Shown: in pieces, positions 28,522 through 42,265 of the stretch
How positions within the stretch are numbered: position 1 is the stretch's first letter
Layout: every line of letters begins with the position of its first letter
From: Klebsiella phage vB_KM5a1-KLB31
Direction: 5' to 3' (one strand)
Sequence record: PP582757.1
Length of the DNA stretch: 64,000 nucleotides
Translations under genes and position numbers: made by a program
Notes under the pieces: generated by a model
Seen by the model: the letters and a program-made list of their open reading frames with translations, nothing else
Database searches by the model: none
Told to the model about the DNA's origin: nothing

Positions 28522-28535
28522 ATAAGGGACCGCAA
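28515..28535 (+). terminator. Hairpin GGGACCgcaaGGTCCC + TTTC after gene 8
   Basis: GC stem with GNRA-like loop and a short T-run. Confidence 0.45.
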
Positions 28536-28539
28536 GGTC

Positions 28540-28547
28540 CCTTTCGG
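28540..28547 (+). promoter_or_regulatory. T4 late promoter TATAAATA (gene 9)
   Basis: Exact consensus 28 nt upstream of the gene 9 ATG, after the gp8 terminator hairpin. Confidence 0.65.
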
Positions 28548-28574
28548 GTCTATAAATAAATCTATAAACTAATA

Positions 28575-29450
28575 GTGAGGCAGAATATGGTTACCCAAGA
28601 ACCTAAAAAATTAATTGACGTCGGAGAGATTGGTAACGCCTCTACCGGCGATATCCTCTTTGACGGTGGTGAAAAAATAAACCACGACATGAACCAAATC
28701 TATAACACCTTTGGTGACCAACGTCTTTTTGTAAATGATTCTGGCAATAATACTCAGATGTTGCATGCCACTGGTTATTACCAGAAACCGACTATTGCTG
28801 AATGGTCTGCTCAAGTTCCTCTTGGAGCTTTGCGTGATGTTGATGCATCCACTGGTCCTGTTTTGTGTGTTCTTCAACGTGGTAAAGTTGGCGAAGGCAT
28901 GGTGTTTATTAACTCCAACGGAAGTATAAGCCCTACTAACTATTTTGAAATCCAGGCATTAGATTCATTTGTTTCTGTTCCTACAGGAACTTTAAAAATC
29001 GTTCAACCATTTTGCCGTGTTACTGTTTGGTGTGTATCGGTAGAAGGTGGTATTTCACGTTGGGACTACTCAATTGAAAGCATGTTTGGTAATAAACATG
29101 TGCCATTAGATAAAACGTTCACTTTAAGCTCTGCGCAACGTGAAATTCAAATTGCTCCTGTAAACGCATATCAGACAATTAAACTTTTCTTGACATGTGC
29201 CTCTACAGATGGATTGAAAGTCAAGACATCCGAAGTGATGCTTTATATTGATTCTAAAGCTTCTAAAGTTTACTCTACCGAATATGCAGTAATTCGTAAA
29301 GGTAACGTGGATGAAGATGATGAAATATATTCGATTAACTACATATTTGATAACAACGGATTTATTTCTGCAGTAGCATCCAGTACGACTCAGAACATGC
29401 AACTAGCAGTTAAGGTCGTTAGCACACAATCATTTGGGGTTCCAGTATAA
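28575..29450 (+). CDS. 9: Baseplate wedge / long tail-fibre socket gp9
   Basis: 291 aa. Late promoter TATAAATA at 28540-28547. Confidence 0.9.
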   Translation: MRQNMVTQEPKKLIDVGEIGNASTGDILFDGGEKINHDMNQIYNTFGDQRLFVNDSGNNTQMLHATGYYQKPTIAEWSAQVPLGALRDVDASTGPVLCVLQRGKVGEGMVFINSNGSISPTNYFEIQALDSFVSVPTGTLKIVQPFCRVTVWCVSVEGGISRWDYSIESMFGNKHVPLDKTFTLSSAQREIQIAPVNAYQTIKLFLTCASTDGLKVKTSEVMLYIDSKASKVYSTEYAVIRKGNVDEDDEIYSINYIFDNNGFISAVASSTTQNMQLAVKVVSTQSFGVPV

Positions 29451-31264
29451 TGAAACAAAATATCAAAATTGGTAACGTAGTAGATGACGGTACTGGTGAC
29501 TACCTTCGCCAAGGTGGCTTAAAAATTAATGAAAACTTTGACGAGTTGTACTATCAATTAGGCGATGGTGCTACACCTCATGCCGCCGGTGCTTGGAAGA
29601 AACATTCGAGCGCCACAAGTGCAACTTTAGATGCAGAGTTTGGCCACAGCTACACAATTGACACTACTCCTGGTCGTTGCACCGTTAAGCTCCCTAAAGG
29701 GACCGCAACAGAATATAACTTCGTAATCCGTCTACGCGACGTTTATTCTACTTGGCAACTCAATCCGGTTACTATTCTTCCTGCTACTGGTGATACCATT
29801 AAAGGTTCTCCTAATGCAGTAGAAATTAAACGTAACCTTTCAGACCTTGAATTGGTTTACTGTTCTCCTGGTCGTTGGGAATACATCAACAACAAATCAA
29901 TCGACCGTATTGATAATAATGACGTTGCAACAGTAGCTTCCCAGGAATATATTGCGACTGAAGGTCAAACTGACTTCATGAATATTTTCCCGGCTCATGG
30001 TTATAACCCTGTGAACCTTAAAGTCTATCATCGTGGTAACGTCCTGTTCTACGGTAAAGATGGTATTTTCGATGCAACGAATGCTGAAGTAGGTTCACCA
30101 GGAACGGCGCCTGGTGAACTTATTGCATATGATGGTAAAAACATCAGATTGCGTAATGCGTGTAAAGCAGGCGACACAGTAATCATCGTATCGTATATGG
30201 ACGGCCTCGGCCAATGGCGAAGTTCTTATAATCGCCGTCAAGTCCGTGTTCTTGACTCATCAAGAACAAACAAAACGTCCGTAAACGGTTCTGTTATTGT
30301 TGATGACCTGGCTAACAAACTGATTTACACAGTAGAAGAACTTGGTATTAATGCAAGCCAGCCGGTTAACCCTAATGCATGTGAACTGACCATTAACAGT
30401 ACGCTTCAAAACCAGGCGGGTACTGCAGGTCTTCCATTATTCCGTTGTGAAGGTGCCGAAGGTGAAACTGAAGAAGTATGTTTTGCTAATAATGGTACTT
30501 GGGTTTATTCTGCCACTGACTTCGTATTTGAAATGGACGATACGGGTCTTAAAATTGAATCGGTTCGTTTTGATAAGCCTTTAGAACATGATGATGTTAT
30601 AGGTCTTATTTGGTATAACAATAACATCGGTACTACTCTTGAGATTGAAGAAATCTTGGCAGTAACCGATGATCGTTATATTTCAGGTACAGAACCTATT
30701 ACTCTGACCGGCCAGGTTCGAATCACTGATTTAGATAACCCATTTTCTCCTAATGTGGAAGCTGTAGCCGAAACAGAATTTAAACCGAGCTCTGTTGGTG
30801 CTTTATTTGAACTGTTTTATCCAGTAGGAACCGTATATGAAAACACGGTGAACCCAAATAACCCTTCAACATTTATGGGCTTTGGTTATTGGAAGAGATT
30901 AGAAGATCGTGTTCATGTTGGTTGGTCTGCTGATGCAGGCACTAAATTTAACCTGAACAATAACGACCTTGATTCGTTTGGTAATCCACGTGCTACGGCT
31001 GGTGGTACTGGCGGTTCGACAACCGTTACCTTGAAATCTCAGAATATTCCTAAATTACTTACTGATGATAAAGTTCTTATCGTAGACCCTAACGGTCCTA
31101 TTATTGTAGGTGGTTGTCAGTTTGACCCTGATTCACAAGGTCCTGCTTATACTAAATACCGTGAAGATTACGCTACTATTAACAAAATACAAGACCCGGT
31201 TGCGGTGGCAGTTGATACCATGAACCCGTATCTTGTTGTTCATCGTTGGGTGAGGGTTTCTTAA
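29450..31264 (+). CDS. 10: Baseplate wedge / tail pin gp10
   Basis: 604 aa (T4 gp10 is 602 aa). Confidence 0.9.
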   Translation: MKQNIKIGNVVDDGTGDYLRQGGLKINENFDELYYQLGDGATPHAAGAWKKHSSATSATLDAEFGHSYTIDTTPGRCTVKLPKGTATEYNFVIRLRDVYSTWQLNPVTILPATGDTIKGSPNAVEIKRNLSDLELVYCSPGRWEYINNKSIDRIDNNDVATVASQEYIATEGQTDFMNIFPAHGYNPVNLKVYHRGNVLFYGKDGIFDATNAEVGSPGTAPGELIAYDGKNIRLRNACKAGDTVIIVSYMDGLGQWRSSYNRRQVRVLDSSRTNKTSVNGSVIVDDLANKLIYTVEELGINASQPVNPNACELTINSTLQNQAGTAGLPLFRCEGAEGETEEVCFANNGTWVYSATDFVFEMDDTGLKIESVRFDKPLEHDDVIGLIWYNNNIGTTLEIEEILAVTDDRYISGTEPITLTGQVRITDLDNPFSPNVEAVAETEFKPSSVGALFELFYPVGTVYENTVNPNNPSTFMGFGYWKRLEDRVHVGWSADAGTKFNLNNNDLDSFGNPRATAGGTGGSTTVTLKSQNIPKLLTDDKVLIVDPNGPIIVGGCQFDPDSQGPAYTKYREDYATINKIQDPVAVAVDTMNPYLVVHRWVRVS

Positions 31265-31926
31265 TGTTTAGTTTAACACGTTCTAAGGCGGGATTAGTTT
31301 CTCGCCTTGCAGATTATCTGCAATTCCGTACAAATCCTAAAAAGCCTGCATTCGTTGCAGGCCAAAGACCTTTAGGTGCGGCAAACGTTTCTGCAACTTC
31401 TAAGGGTATTTTTTATCCTACTGTTCAAGGCGCTATTGATGATTTAGCCGGTCGTTGTGAACTTCCGATAGATTCTGTTATCATGAACGTTTCTGGTACC
31501 GCTCCGCGCGTTATTAACCAGTCGGACCAATTAGCTTTTACAGGTGATGTTATTGGTGAAGTTGGAACTCAAATAATGATTTACGTATTTGGCTTCCCTG
31601 TTATTGTCGAAGGTGGTGATTCGTCTATTGCCGTTGCTTCTAAAGTCCAAGCTGTATTAGCCGAAGCGGTTATTTCTGGGACGGCTATTGCATCAGTAGA
31701 AGTAGATGCAACAGATGCTTCTATATTAAATATTACATACAACGACTACCAAGACCATGTATTTGAGCCCGAATCACAATATGGTGTCACAATGACTCAA
31801 ACTACAGTTGTTGAACCTCAGCCTGGATATGGTGATTGGGAATGGCTTGGCAGTGCTGCTCAAACTCTTGCAGGCGGTTCCGTTGATGGCACAATTACCT
31901 TCCATTATTTTAAACGGACGGCATAA
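31264..31926 (+). CDS. 11: Baseplate wedge / tail pin, STF-binding gp11
   Basis: Start MFSLTRSKAGLVSRLADYLQFR parallels the T4 gp11 N-terminus. The ATG overlaps the gp10 stop. Confidence 0.85.
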   Translation: MFSLTRSKAGLVSRLADYLQFRTNPKKPAFVAGQRPLGAANVSATSKGIFYPTVQGAIDDLAGRCELPIDSVIMNVSGTAPRVINQSDQLAFTGDVIGEVGTQIMIYVFGFPVIVEGGDSSIAVASKVQAVLAEAVISGTAIASVEVDATDASILNITYNDYQDHVFEPESQYGVTMTQTTVVEPQPGYGDWEWLGSAAQTLAGGSVDGTITFHYFKRTA

Positions 31927-33500
31927 TGGCAACTAATACACTAAATCACGTAAGTGATGCATCGATTTATAAAACATTCGATCCTGCTGGTACGGCATTT
32001 CCTGCCAGCATTACAAACGTTCAGGCCGCATTAGCGGCCATTAACCAACAGGCCGTAGATGGTATTCCTGGAGCTACTCAAACTATTATTGGTATTAGCC
32101 GTTTTGCTAACCAATCTGAAGTAGATGCAGGCGTATTGACAAACGTGGCTGTTTCACCGGCTACTTTAAAATCTACCGTAACTCGTCCTCAGGCATCAGA
32201 AACCGTAGTTGGTCTTACTCGTTATGCTACTGATGCCGAAGCAGTTGCTGGTACTTTACGTGATGCAGCCATTGTCCCGGCTAGTCTTAAAGCACATACT
32301 AACGATCTTTTCACTCGTGTATTTGCTCGTCAGGCAACAGAAACTGCAACCGGCGTTGCCAAGATTTCTACTAGTGCAGCGGCATTAGCCGGTACCGATG
32401 ATACCACTATTATGACCCCTAAGAAGACGCTAGCGGCAATTAACAATGCTACGTCTAAGATTCCATCACCATCTATTGCAACTACCACCTCTAATGGTCT
32501 AGTACGTATTGCGTTGCCTGGTGAAGTAATTGCTGGGACTCTTGATAACGGTATTGCTGTTTCTCCTAAAGGATTGGCAAGCCTTATTTCTACGACCGAT
32601 CGTCGTGGCCTTGTTGAATTAGCTACTGGCGCTGAAGTTTCCGGCGGTACTGATACTACTCGTGCTATTACACCTGCAACTCTTTTAAGCCGTACAGGTG
32701 CTGTGAACCGTCTTGGCTTGGTTAAATTAACCACGACTGTAGGTTCTGGTGACGGTTCTACTGCATTAGCTTATAATGCTGATGTTGTCCATCTTCGTGG
32801 TGGTCAAACAATTAATGGTAACTTAGGCTTAACTGGCCAAATTACCGCAGGCAACTTTAACCTAACCGGTTCTGGTACTATTGGCGGTAATTTAAACGTT
32901 GTTGGTAACCTTACTCGTAATGGTCGCCAAGTTGTTACTGTTGATATGATTGGCGATGATGTTCCGGTTGGCGTAATTATGATGTGGGCTGGTCCATTAA
33001 ACCGCGTTCCTTCTAAATGGCGTCAGGCCGATGGTTGGACCGGGTATATTGGCAATAGTGCTTATGCAACTCTCCAATCTATATTCCCTAGTGGAATTCC
33101 TGATATGCGTGGTTTATTTGTTCGTGGTGCCGGTGTCGGTGTTCATATTACCAGCCAAGTAGGTACGGATTCAAAAGGTAAACCTAAATTAGGTAATGGT
33201 TGCGGTGGCGGTAGTGTAGGAACTGTTCAACCACAAATGGTTCGTACGCATAAACATGAATCTGGTTGGGGCGAGCATCTTAATCGTCTTAGTGCTAGAA
33301 ACGGTGCTACTGTTCGTAACGGTTATATGGGTTCTAACAAAACCGACTATGACAACTACAAATATTTTACTAACGGTGGCGAAGAAGTTGAAGCTGAAAA
33401 CATTCGTGATAGTTTCGGCACTATGAACTCTGCCGGCCTGATGGGCTCAGAAAACCGTCCGTGGAATATGTCGGTTTATTACATTATCAAAATACAGTAA
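31926..33500 (+). CDS. 12: Short tail fibre gp12
   Basis: Full-length similarity to T4 gp12, including the C-terminal receptor-binding region (IMMWAG..., PDMRGLFVRG, RPWN.S..YIIK). Confidence 0.9.
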   Translation: MATNTLNHVSDASIYKTFDPAGTAFPASITNVQAALAAINQQAVDGIPGATQTIIGISRFANQSEVDAGVLTNVAVSPATLKSTVTRPQASETVVGLTRYATDAEAVAGTLRDAAIVPASLKAHTNDLFTRVFARQATETATGVAKISTSAAALAGTDDTTIMTPKKTLAAINNATSKIPSPSIATTTSNGLVRIALPGEVIAGTLDNGIAVSPKGLASLISTTDRRGLVELATGAEVSGGTDTTRAITPATLLSRTGAVNRLGLVKLTTTVGSGDGSTALAYNADVVHLRGGQTINGNLGLTGQITAGNFNLTGSGTIGGNLNVVGNLTRNGRQVVTVDMIGDDVPVGVIMMWAGPLNRVPSKWRQADGWTGYIGNSAYATLQSIFPSGIPDMRGLFVRGAGVGVHITSQVGTDSKGKPKLGNGCGGGSVGTVQPQMVRTHKHESGWGEHLNRLSARNGATVRNGYMGSNKTDYDNYKYFTNGGEEVEAENIRDSFGTMNSAGLMGSENRPWNMSVYYIIKIQ

Positions 33501-33509
33501 GGAATAAAA

Positions 33510-35171
33510 ATGTTAAACAAACTGGAACTCAAAAAACTTCCGTTTGTTGATGACTGTCCTGAAGCTGACCAGAAGCGCATCCGTTGGGTGCGCAATGGTG
33601 AACTGCTCACGGCCGCATCGACTAAGTACGGTAATGACGGCGTGCTTAATGAATCCGGAGTAGGTATCTTTACGGACGTCCTTACTCTTGAGGATAATGC
33701 TAACGCTACTAAAGATTCACTTAATCTGGTTATTGACAACGTCAATAATATCAATGAAGCCCTTGAAATGGGTAGCGACGTTGATATTATCAAACAGATT
33801 AATACGAACAAAGAGAACATTGAAATTCTCCAAGTTCATATGCAATTCGCAGAAACAAATATTGGCGAACTAGAAACTGATACAGAATTTCTGAAAGAAG
33901 ATGTCGGTGTTTATGACCCTTCTAAAGATAATACTTATCGCCCTATCCGTAATGATTTAGTATTCATCAAAACTGAAATGGGTAACTATCCTGACCAGGA
34001 TATGAACGGTAATACTGAGATTGGTAAACAGTCTACTGGTATGAAGCGTCGTATTATCGACAACAGTTCGGCCATCGTTAATACTATTGCTCGTGTCCAG
34101 AAATTAGAAGACGATTATCAGGATTCTGATGTAGGTTCATTAAGTATTAAAGTAAATGAGCTTCGTGAAGAAGTAGGCCCTCGTACAGAATCTATTGGTA
34201 AGCCGGCAATTTATTCTCGTTTGACTACTCTCGAGACCGGTCAAGCAGGTTTGAAAGTTGAAATGGCCGATGTAAAGACTGCCATTAACTTTGGTTCAGG
34301 TCCTACTATTGCAACTCGTATGACCAATGCTGAAACTCGTTTAACCGGATTAGAAACCATTGTTTCTGCTCCTATTACAGGCCTTGTTCCTCGAGTAACT
34401 GCTAATGAAAATGCTATTGGTACTGCAGCACAACCATTATCCATTAATGGACGTTTGAGCACTCTTCGCACGGATTTAGATGCTTTGTCTATTGTCGTCG
34501 GTAAAGATTCAAGTTCTGGTCTTCGTGGACAGGTTACTTGGCTTACTCAAACAATGGGCACGGAAATTAACCCGGCACCTACTTCTGTTCAAGGACGTTT
34601 AAAGGTTGTTGAAACTCGTTCATTGGCTTCTGCTACTGCCATCCAGGATATTCAGACTGAAATTGGTAATAACAATAGTGGTTTGAAAGGCGCAGTGAAC
34701 CGTCATACTCGTCAATTAGATGGTACGAACCCTAACGGTAGTACTGTTGAAGAACGTGGTGTTGTTTTAAGTTGTAAACAGCTTGAAACTAAAGTTGCTT
34801 CTCAGCTTCCAGACGCACCAAGTGATGGACAGGAATATGTTCGTAAAAATGCCGCTTGGACTGTAGCTTCTGCGTTTTCTGGCGCTGCAGATGTTGCTCA
34901 GTTAAAAATTGATGTAGCAGGTCTTGATTCACGTTTAACGGCGGTTGAACTTAAGGCTAATGGTAACACTAACGATATTATAGCATTAGGTACTCGTGTT
35001 AGTAATGTCGAAACAAGCATTGCTGATTTAGATGATATCCGCCAGGATATAACTACACTTCAGCAGGCAATCGCAACTAAAATTGATGAAGCTCCTTCTG
35101 ATGGTGAAGCATATGTTCGTAAAGATGGCACATGGGTTCTCTTAAGCACGTTCTTAACACCAACTCCATAA
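33510..35171 (+). CDS. wac: Fibritin (whisker antigen control), with C-terminal foldon
   Basis: Long coiled-coil ending ...[23 protein letters not shown] (T4 foldon: [23 protein letters not shown]). At 553 aa it is 66 aa longer than T4 Wac. Confidence 0.9.
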   Translation: [553 protein letters not shown]

Positions 35172-35173
35172 CA

Positions 35174-35196
35174 AAAGGGCTTCGGCCCTTTTTTCG
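35174..35196 (+). terminator. Terminator AAAGGGCttcgGCCCTTTTTT after wac
   Basis: Stem plus a 6-T run. Confidence 0.65.
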
Positions 35197-35204
35197 TATA
35201 AATA
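35197..35204 (+). promoter_or_regulatory. T4 late promoter TATAAATA (gene 13)
   Basis: Exact consensus immediately after the wac terminator. Confidence 0.65.
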
Positions 35205-35228
35205 CGGTTATTAATAAGAGGACTCCTT

Positions 35229-36152
35229 ATGGCTACTGAATCTTACAACCCTAAACAGCTCAAGGACGCCATCTTGCGCCGCCTGGGCGCACCAATAGTA
35301 AATATTGAAGTTACTACTGACCAAGTATACGATTGCATCCAGCGCGCTCTAGAGCTATACGGTGAGTACCATTATGATGGGTTCAATAAAAACTATTTGG
35401 CTTTCCATATTGGCGATGACGATTTAGCTCGTGACCTAGTATTCGATCTTTCGGATAAACGAGTTTTTGCTGTTACACAAATTATTCGTACTAATGTTGG
35501 TTCATTAACTTCAATGGACGGGCAAGCAACTTATCCATGGTTCACCGATTTCGTATTAGGCCTGGCAGGTATTAATGGCGGCATGGGCTCTTCATGTAAT
35601 ACTTTTGGTCCTAATGCCTTTGGTGCTGATTTGTCTTATTTTACCCAGTTAATGCAATATCGTTCTATGATGCAGGACATCATGACTCCATTGCCTGATT
35701 ATTGGTATAATGACGACACAGGACAATTAAAAGTAATGGGTAACCTTCGTAAAGGTGACGTTCTTATAATTGAAGTTTACACTCAAAGTTTTGTTGATGT
35801 TGATGCTATGGCCGGCGGTATTGCTGGGTATGGTTATGCAGGCGTGCCTAAAGATAATTGGTCATTAAGTGATCGTTATGACGACCCATATCGCACTATG
35901 CCAGGTATTCGTGCTGGCGAAACGACTCAGCCAAAACAAGGCGCATATAATAACCGTTGGGTTAAAGATTATGCTACAGCACTTGTTAAAGAAGTGAACG
36001 GTAATATTTTAGCCAGACACCAAGGTATGCAATTGCCTGGTGGCGTGACTGTTGACGGTATGCGGTTAATTGAAGAGGCTCGAATGGAAAAAGAAAGACT
36101 CCGTGACGAACTCGATCTTTTAGACCCACCATTTGGTATTCTGGTAGGTTAA
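35229..36152 (+). CDS. 13: Neck protein gp13
   Basis: 307 aa. Late promoter TATAAATA at 35197-35204, following the wac terminator. Confidence 0.9.
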   Translation: MATESYNPKQLKDAILRRLGAPIVNIEVTTDQVYDCIQRALELYGEYHYDGFNKNYLAFHIGDDDLARDLVFDLSDKRVFAVTQIIRTNVGSLTSMDGQATYPWFTDFVLGLAGINGGMGSSCNTFGPNAFGADLSYFTQLMQYRSMMQDIMTPLPDYWYNDDTGQLKVMGNLRKGDVLIIEVYTQSFVDVDAMAGGIAGYGYAGVPKDNWSLSDRYDDPYRTMPGIRAGETTQPKQGAYNNRWVKDYATALVKEVNGNILARHQGMQLPGGVTVDGMRLIEEARMEKERLRDELDLLDPPFGILVG

Positions 36153-36153
36153 T

Positions 36154-36924
36154 ATGGCTACTTATGATTCAAGTTTATTTGCCAAGTTAGAAAATGACAC
36201 AGGCTATAATAAGACAAACGAAAGTGAAATACTCAATCCTTACGTAAACTTTAACAACTATCAAAACACTCAGACTTTAGCCGATGTTATTGTTGCTGAA
36301 AGTATTCAGATGCGTGGAATTGAAATGTATTACATTCCACGTCAGTTTGTTAAACCTGATATTATTTTTGGTGAAGACCCTCAATCTAAATTTGACAAGG
36401 CCTGGAAGTTTGCGGCTTATCTTGATAGCTTTGATGGTTATTCCGGTGACAATACCTATTTCAGTAAATTCGGTATGATGGTCAATGACGAAGTTACGTT
36501 AACCATTAACCCTAATCTGTTCAAGCACCAAACAAATGGTAAAGAACCTATTGCCGGTGACTTGGTTTATTTCCCTATGGATAACAGTTTGTTCGAAATA
36601 AACTGGGTCCAACCATATGACCCGTTCTATCAGATGGGTCAGAACGCCATGCGTAAAATAACGGCTACTAAGTTCGTTTACTCTGGCGAAGAACTTAAAC
36701 CAGAGCTTCAGCGAAATGAAGGAATTAACATTCCTGAGTTCAGCGAACTCGACTTGATGCCTGTTCAGAATATCGATGGTTTGGCTGATATCGATAATGA
36801 CCAGTATGCAGAAAGTAAAGCTTTCAATGATGAAGCGGAAACATTTGTTGAACCGTATATTGTTATCAATGGCCGAGGTCGAGAAGCTCCTAAAGGTCCT
36901 TTTGATGATGATTTCATGTCATAA
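36154..36924 (+). CDS. 14: Neck protein gp14
   Basis: 256 aa, as in T4. Confidence 0.9.
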   Translation: MATYDSSLFAKLENDTGYNKTNESEILNPYVNFNNYQNTQTLADVIVAESIQMRGIEMYYIPRQFVKPDIIFGEDPQSKFDKAWKFAAYLDSFDGYSGDNTYFSKFGMMVNDEVTLTINPNLFKHQTNGKEPIAGDLVYFPMDNSLFEINWVQPYDPFYQMGQNAMRKITATKFVYSGEELKPELQRNEGINIPEFSELDLMPVQNIDGLADIDNDQYAESKAFNDEAETFVEPYIVINGRGREAPKGPFDDDFMS

Positions 36925-36967
36925 ATAAAGCATATAACAGCCCGGTTTCCCGGGCTTAGGAGAAATA

Positions 36968-37833
36968 ATGTTTGGACATTGGTACAATTCGTCTTTACGC
37001 CGCTATATCGTGTTAATGGGTGATTTGTTTTCCCATGTTCAAATTGCACGCCAGCGTTCAGACGGTGAAAGATATATTAAGGTGCCTATTACATACGCAT
37101 CTAAAGAACATTTCATGGCACAGATTAATAAGTGGACGGCTATTCAAAACCTTCCTCCAGACCCTAATCAGTGTTCAAAAGAAGAATACATGACGGCTAA
37201 GGCTAAAATAGAAACGGTTCTTCCTCGTATGAACCTTCATTTAGTCGATATGATGTACAACTCACAATATAAAACATCTATCCAAAACCGTACTTTGGCC
37301 CAGTATCAAAATGGTGACCCACGTAAACCTATTTCACAGTTTGCGCCAGTCCCAATGAAAATGATTTTTGAATTAGGCATTCATACTCGTAATCAAGATG
37401 ACATGTTCCAGATTATCGAACAGATTATGCCTTATTTCCAGCCACACTTTAATACAACAATAACGGAAATCTATACGAATGAAATCAAGTTCGAACGTGA
37501 TGTCCGTATCGTATTTCAGTCTTTGGCAATGGATGAACAAGTAGAAGGCGATAATATTTCTCGTCGTAGACTTGAATGGTCTGTTATGTTCGAAGTTAAT
37601 GGATGGTTATACCCGCCAGTTTCAGATTTGAATGGCGAGATTCGAACTGTTTATTTGGATTTCTTTGCCAACAGTAAAGAATTGAATCCGGAAGGTAATT
37701 TTGAATCGGTTGACACTGAAGTAGTTCCAAGAGATGTTGAAGAAGAAGATTGGGACGGAACTTCTAAACAAACTTATTCTCATGACATTCCTATTCCGGT
37801 TGACCCTAACCCACCTGGCCCTAGAGGTACATA

Positions 37834-37834
<1 letters not shown>
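36968..37834 (+). CDS. 15: Tail sheath stabiliser / terminator gp15
   Basis: 288 aa; conserved position. Confidence 0.85.
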
Positions 37835-40156
<2,322 letters not shown>

Positions 40157-40183
40157 AAATAAAGCAATTACTGAGGACATATT

Positions 40184-42163
40184 ATGTTACTATCTCCGGG
40201 CATTGAGCTCAAAGAAACCAGTGTACAGAGCACTGTGGTTCGTAACGCTACGGGTCGTGCTGCTCTGGTTGGTAAATTCCAGTGGGGTCCTGCATTCCAG
40301 GTCGTACAGATTACCAACGAAGTAGAGCTGGTTGACACGTTTGGTACACCAAATAATGATGTAGCCGATTATTTCATGAGTGGCATGAACTTCCTGCAAT
40401 ATGGTAACGACTTACGTACTGTTCGTGTTGTTAACCGTGATGCTGCTAAGAACGCTTCTCCTGTGGCAGGCAACATTGAATCAACAATTAATACCGCTGG
40501 TTCTAACTATAAAGTTGGCGATGCAATTCGAGTTAAACGTCTGACTGATGTTATCGAATCTGAAGGTAAAATTACTAAAGTAGGAACTGGTGGTCAAATC
40601 CAGGCTGTATTCATTCCTTCTGGTAAAATTATCGCTCATGCTAAATCAGTAGGTGAATATCCTAATTTAGGTTCCGCATGGACTGCCGAAATTACCTCGA
40701 GTTCTTCCGGTGTTTCCGGTACTATTTCTATCGGCGCTATTGAAACCGATTCCGGTATTCTTCTGACCGAAGCAGAATCTGCTCTGAGCGAAATCCAGTC
40801 TCTGGAATTCCAGGCAGAACTGGCGAAATATTCTATGCCTGGTATCGTAGCCCTTTATCCTGGTGAAATCGGTTCTACTATCGAAGTTGAAGTAGTTTCT
40901 TATGCCGATTACCAGAAAGGAAATGCTCTTCAGCTGCCAATTTACCCTACTGGTGGTACTCGTGCTTCCGTAGCTAAGGCTATTTTCAATTACGGCCCAC
41001 AGACTGAAAACCAGTACGCAATTATTGTTCGTCGTGATGGCGCAGTGGTTGAAAACGTAATTCTGTCTACCCTTCGTGGTGAAAAAGACGTTTACGGTAA
41101 TAACATCTTTATGGATGATTATTTCGCTAAAGGTACAAGCAACTACATCTTCGCTACTTCTCTGAACTGGCCAGCCGGTTTCAGCGGTGTAATTAAGATG
41201 CAAGGTGGTTTGTCAGCAAACGATCAAGTTACCGCCGGTGACCTGATGCAAGGTTGGGACCTGTTCGCAGATCGTGAAGCCCTGCATATTAACCTGTTAA
41301 TTGCAGGTGCTTGTTCCGGTGAAGGTGATGCTACTGCTTCTACTGTACAGAAACACGTTGTGTCTATTGCAGACGAACGTCAGGATTGCCTGGCATTTAT
41401 TTCTCCGCCTAAAGGTCTGATGGTTAACGTTCCACTTCAGCGCGCTGTTGATAACCTTATCGATTGGCGTGGTGGTACTGGTGCATTCGACACCGATAAC
41501 ATGAACATAAGCACGACTTATGCTGCTATCGATGGCAACTATAAATATCAATATGATAAGTACAACGATGTGAACCGTTGGGTTCCGTTAGCTGCCGATA
41601 TGGCTGGTCTGTGTGCTCGTACGGATGACGTAAGTCAGCCTTGGATGTCTCCAGCCGGTTATAACCGTGGTCAGTTACTGAACGTTATTAAACTTGCTAT
41701 TGAGCCTCGTCAGTCTCATCGTGATCGTATGTACCAGGACGGTATTAACCCAGTTGTTGGTTTTGCTGGTGGTGATGGCTTTGTTCTGTTTGGCGATAAA
41801 ACTGCGACTAAGGTTCCGTCTCCGATGGACCACATCAACGTACGTCGTCTGATGAACATGCTCAAGAAAAATATCGGTGATGCTTCTAAATACAAACTGT
41901 TCGAGCTGAACGACAACTTCACTCGCTCTAGTTTCCGTATGGAAACAGCCCAGTACTTGGCCGGTATTAAAGCATTGGGTGGTATTTACGAAGGTCGTGT
42001 GGTTTGTGATACTACGAACAACACTCCGTCCGTTATCGACCGTAACGAGTTCGTAGCTTCTATCTACGTTAAACCTGCACGTAGCATCAACTATATCACT
42101 CTGAACTTCGTAGCAACCTCTACAGGTGCCGACTTCGACGAGTTGATTGGTCCTGCTCAGTAA
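40184..42163 (+). CDS. 18: Tail sheath protein gp18
   Basis: 659 aa, identical length to T4 gp18. Late promoter at 40149-40156. Confidence 0.95.
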   Translation: MLLSPGIELKETSVQSTVVRNATGRAALVGKFQWGPAFQVVQITNEVELVDTFGTPNNDVADYFMSGMNFLQYGNDLRTVRVVNRDAAKNASPVAGNIESTINTAGSNYKVGDAIRVKRLTDVIESEGKITKVGTGGQIQAVFIPSGKIIAHAKSVGEYPNLGSAWTAEITSSSSGVSGTISIGAIETDSGILLTEAESALSEIQSLEFQAELAKYSMPGIVALYPGEIGSTIEVEVVSYADYQKGNALQLPIYPTGGTRASVAKAIFNYGPQTENQYAIIVRRDGAVVENVILSTLRGEKDVYGNNIFMDDYFAKGTSNYIFATSLNWPAGFSGVIKMQGGLSANDQVTAGDLMQGWDLFADREALHINLLIAGACSGEGDATASTVQKHVVSIADERQDCLAFISPPKGLMVNVPLQRAVDNLIDWRGGTGAFDTDNMNISTTYAAIDGNYKYQYDKYNDVNRWVPLAADMAGLCARTDDVSQPWMSPAGYNRGQLLNVIKLAIEPRQSHRDRMYQDGINPVVGFAGGDGFVLFGDKTATKVPSPMDHINVRRLMNMLKKNIGDASKYKLFELNDNFTRSSFRMETAQYLAGIKALGGIYEGRVVCDTTNNTPSVIDRNEFVASIYVKPARSINYITLNFVATSTGADFDELIGPAQ

Positions 42164-42246
42164 GACGACGCCAGGGCTCTTTAATTAGGGCCCTGACAAT
42201 ATCTTATCAGGTAAAAATTAAATTCAACAGGCCCCGCCTGGAACGT

Positions 42247-42254
42247 TATAAATA
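42247..42254 (+). promoter_or_regulatory. T4 late promoter TATAAATA (gene 19)
   Basis: Exact consensus 12 nt upstream of the gene 19 RBS. Confidence 0.65.
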
Positions 42255-42265
42255 AAGAGAGAACT

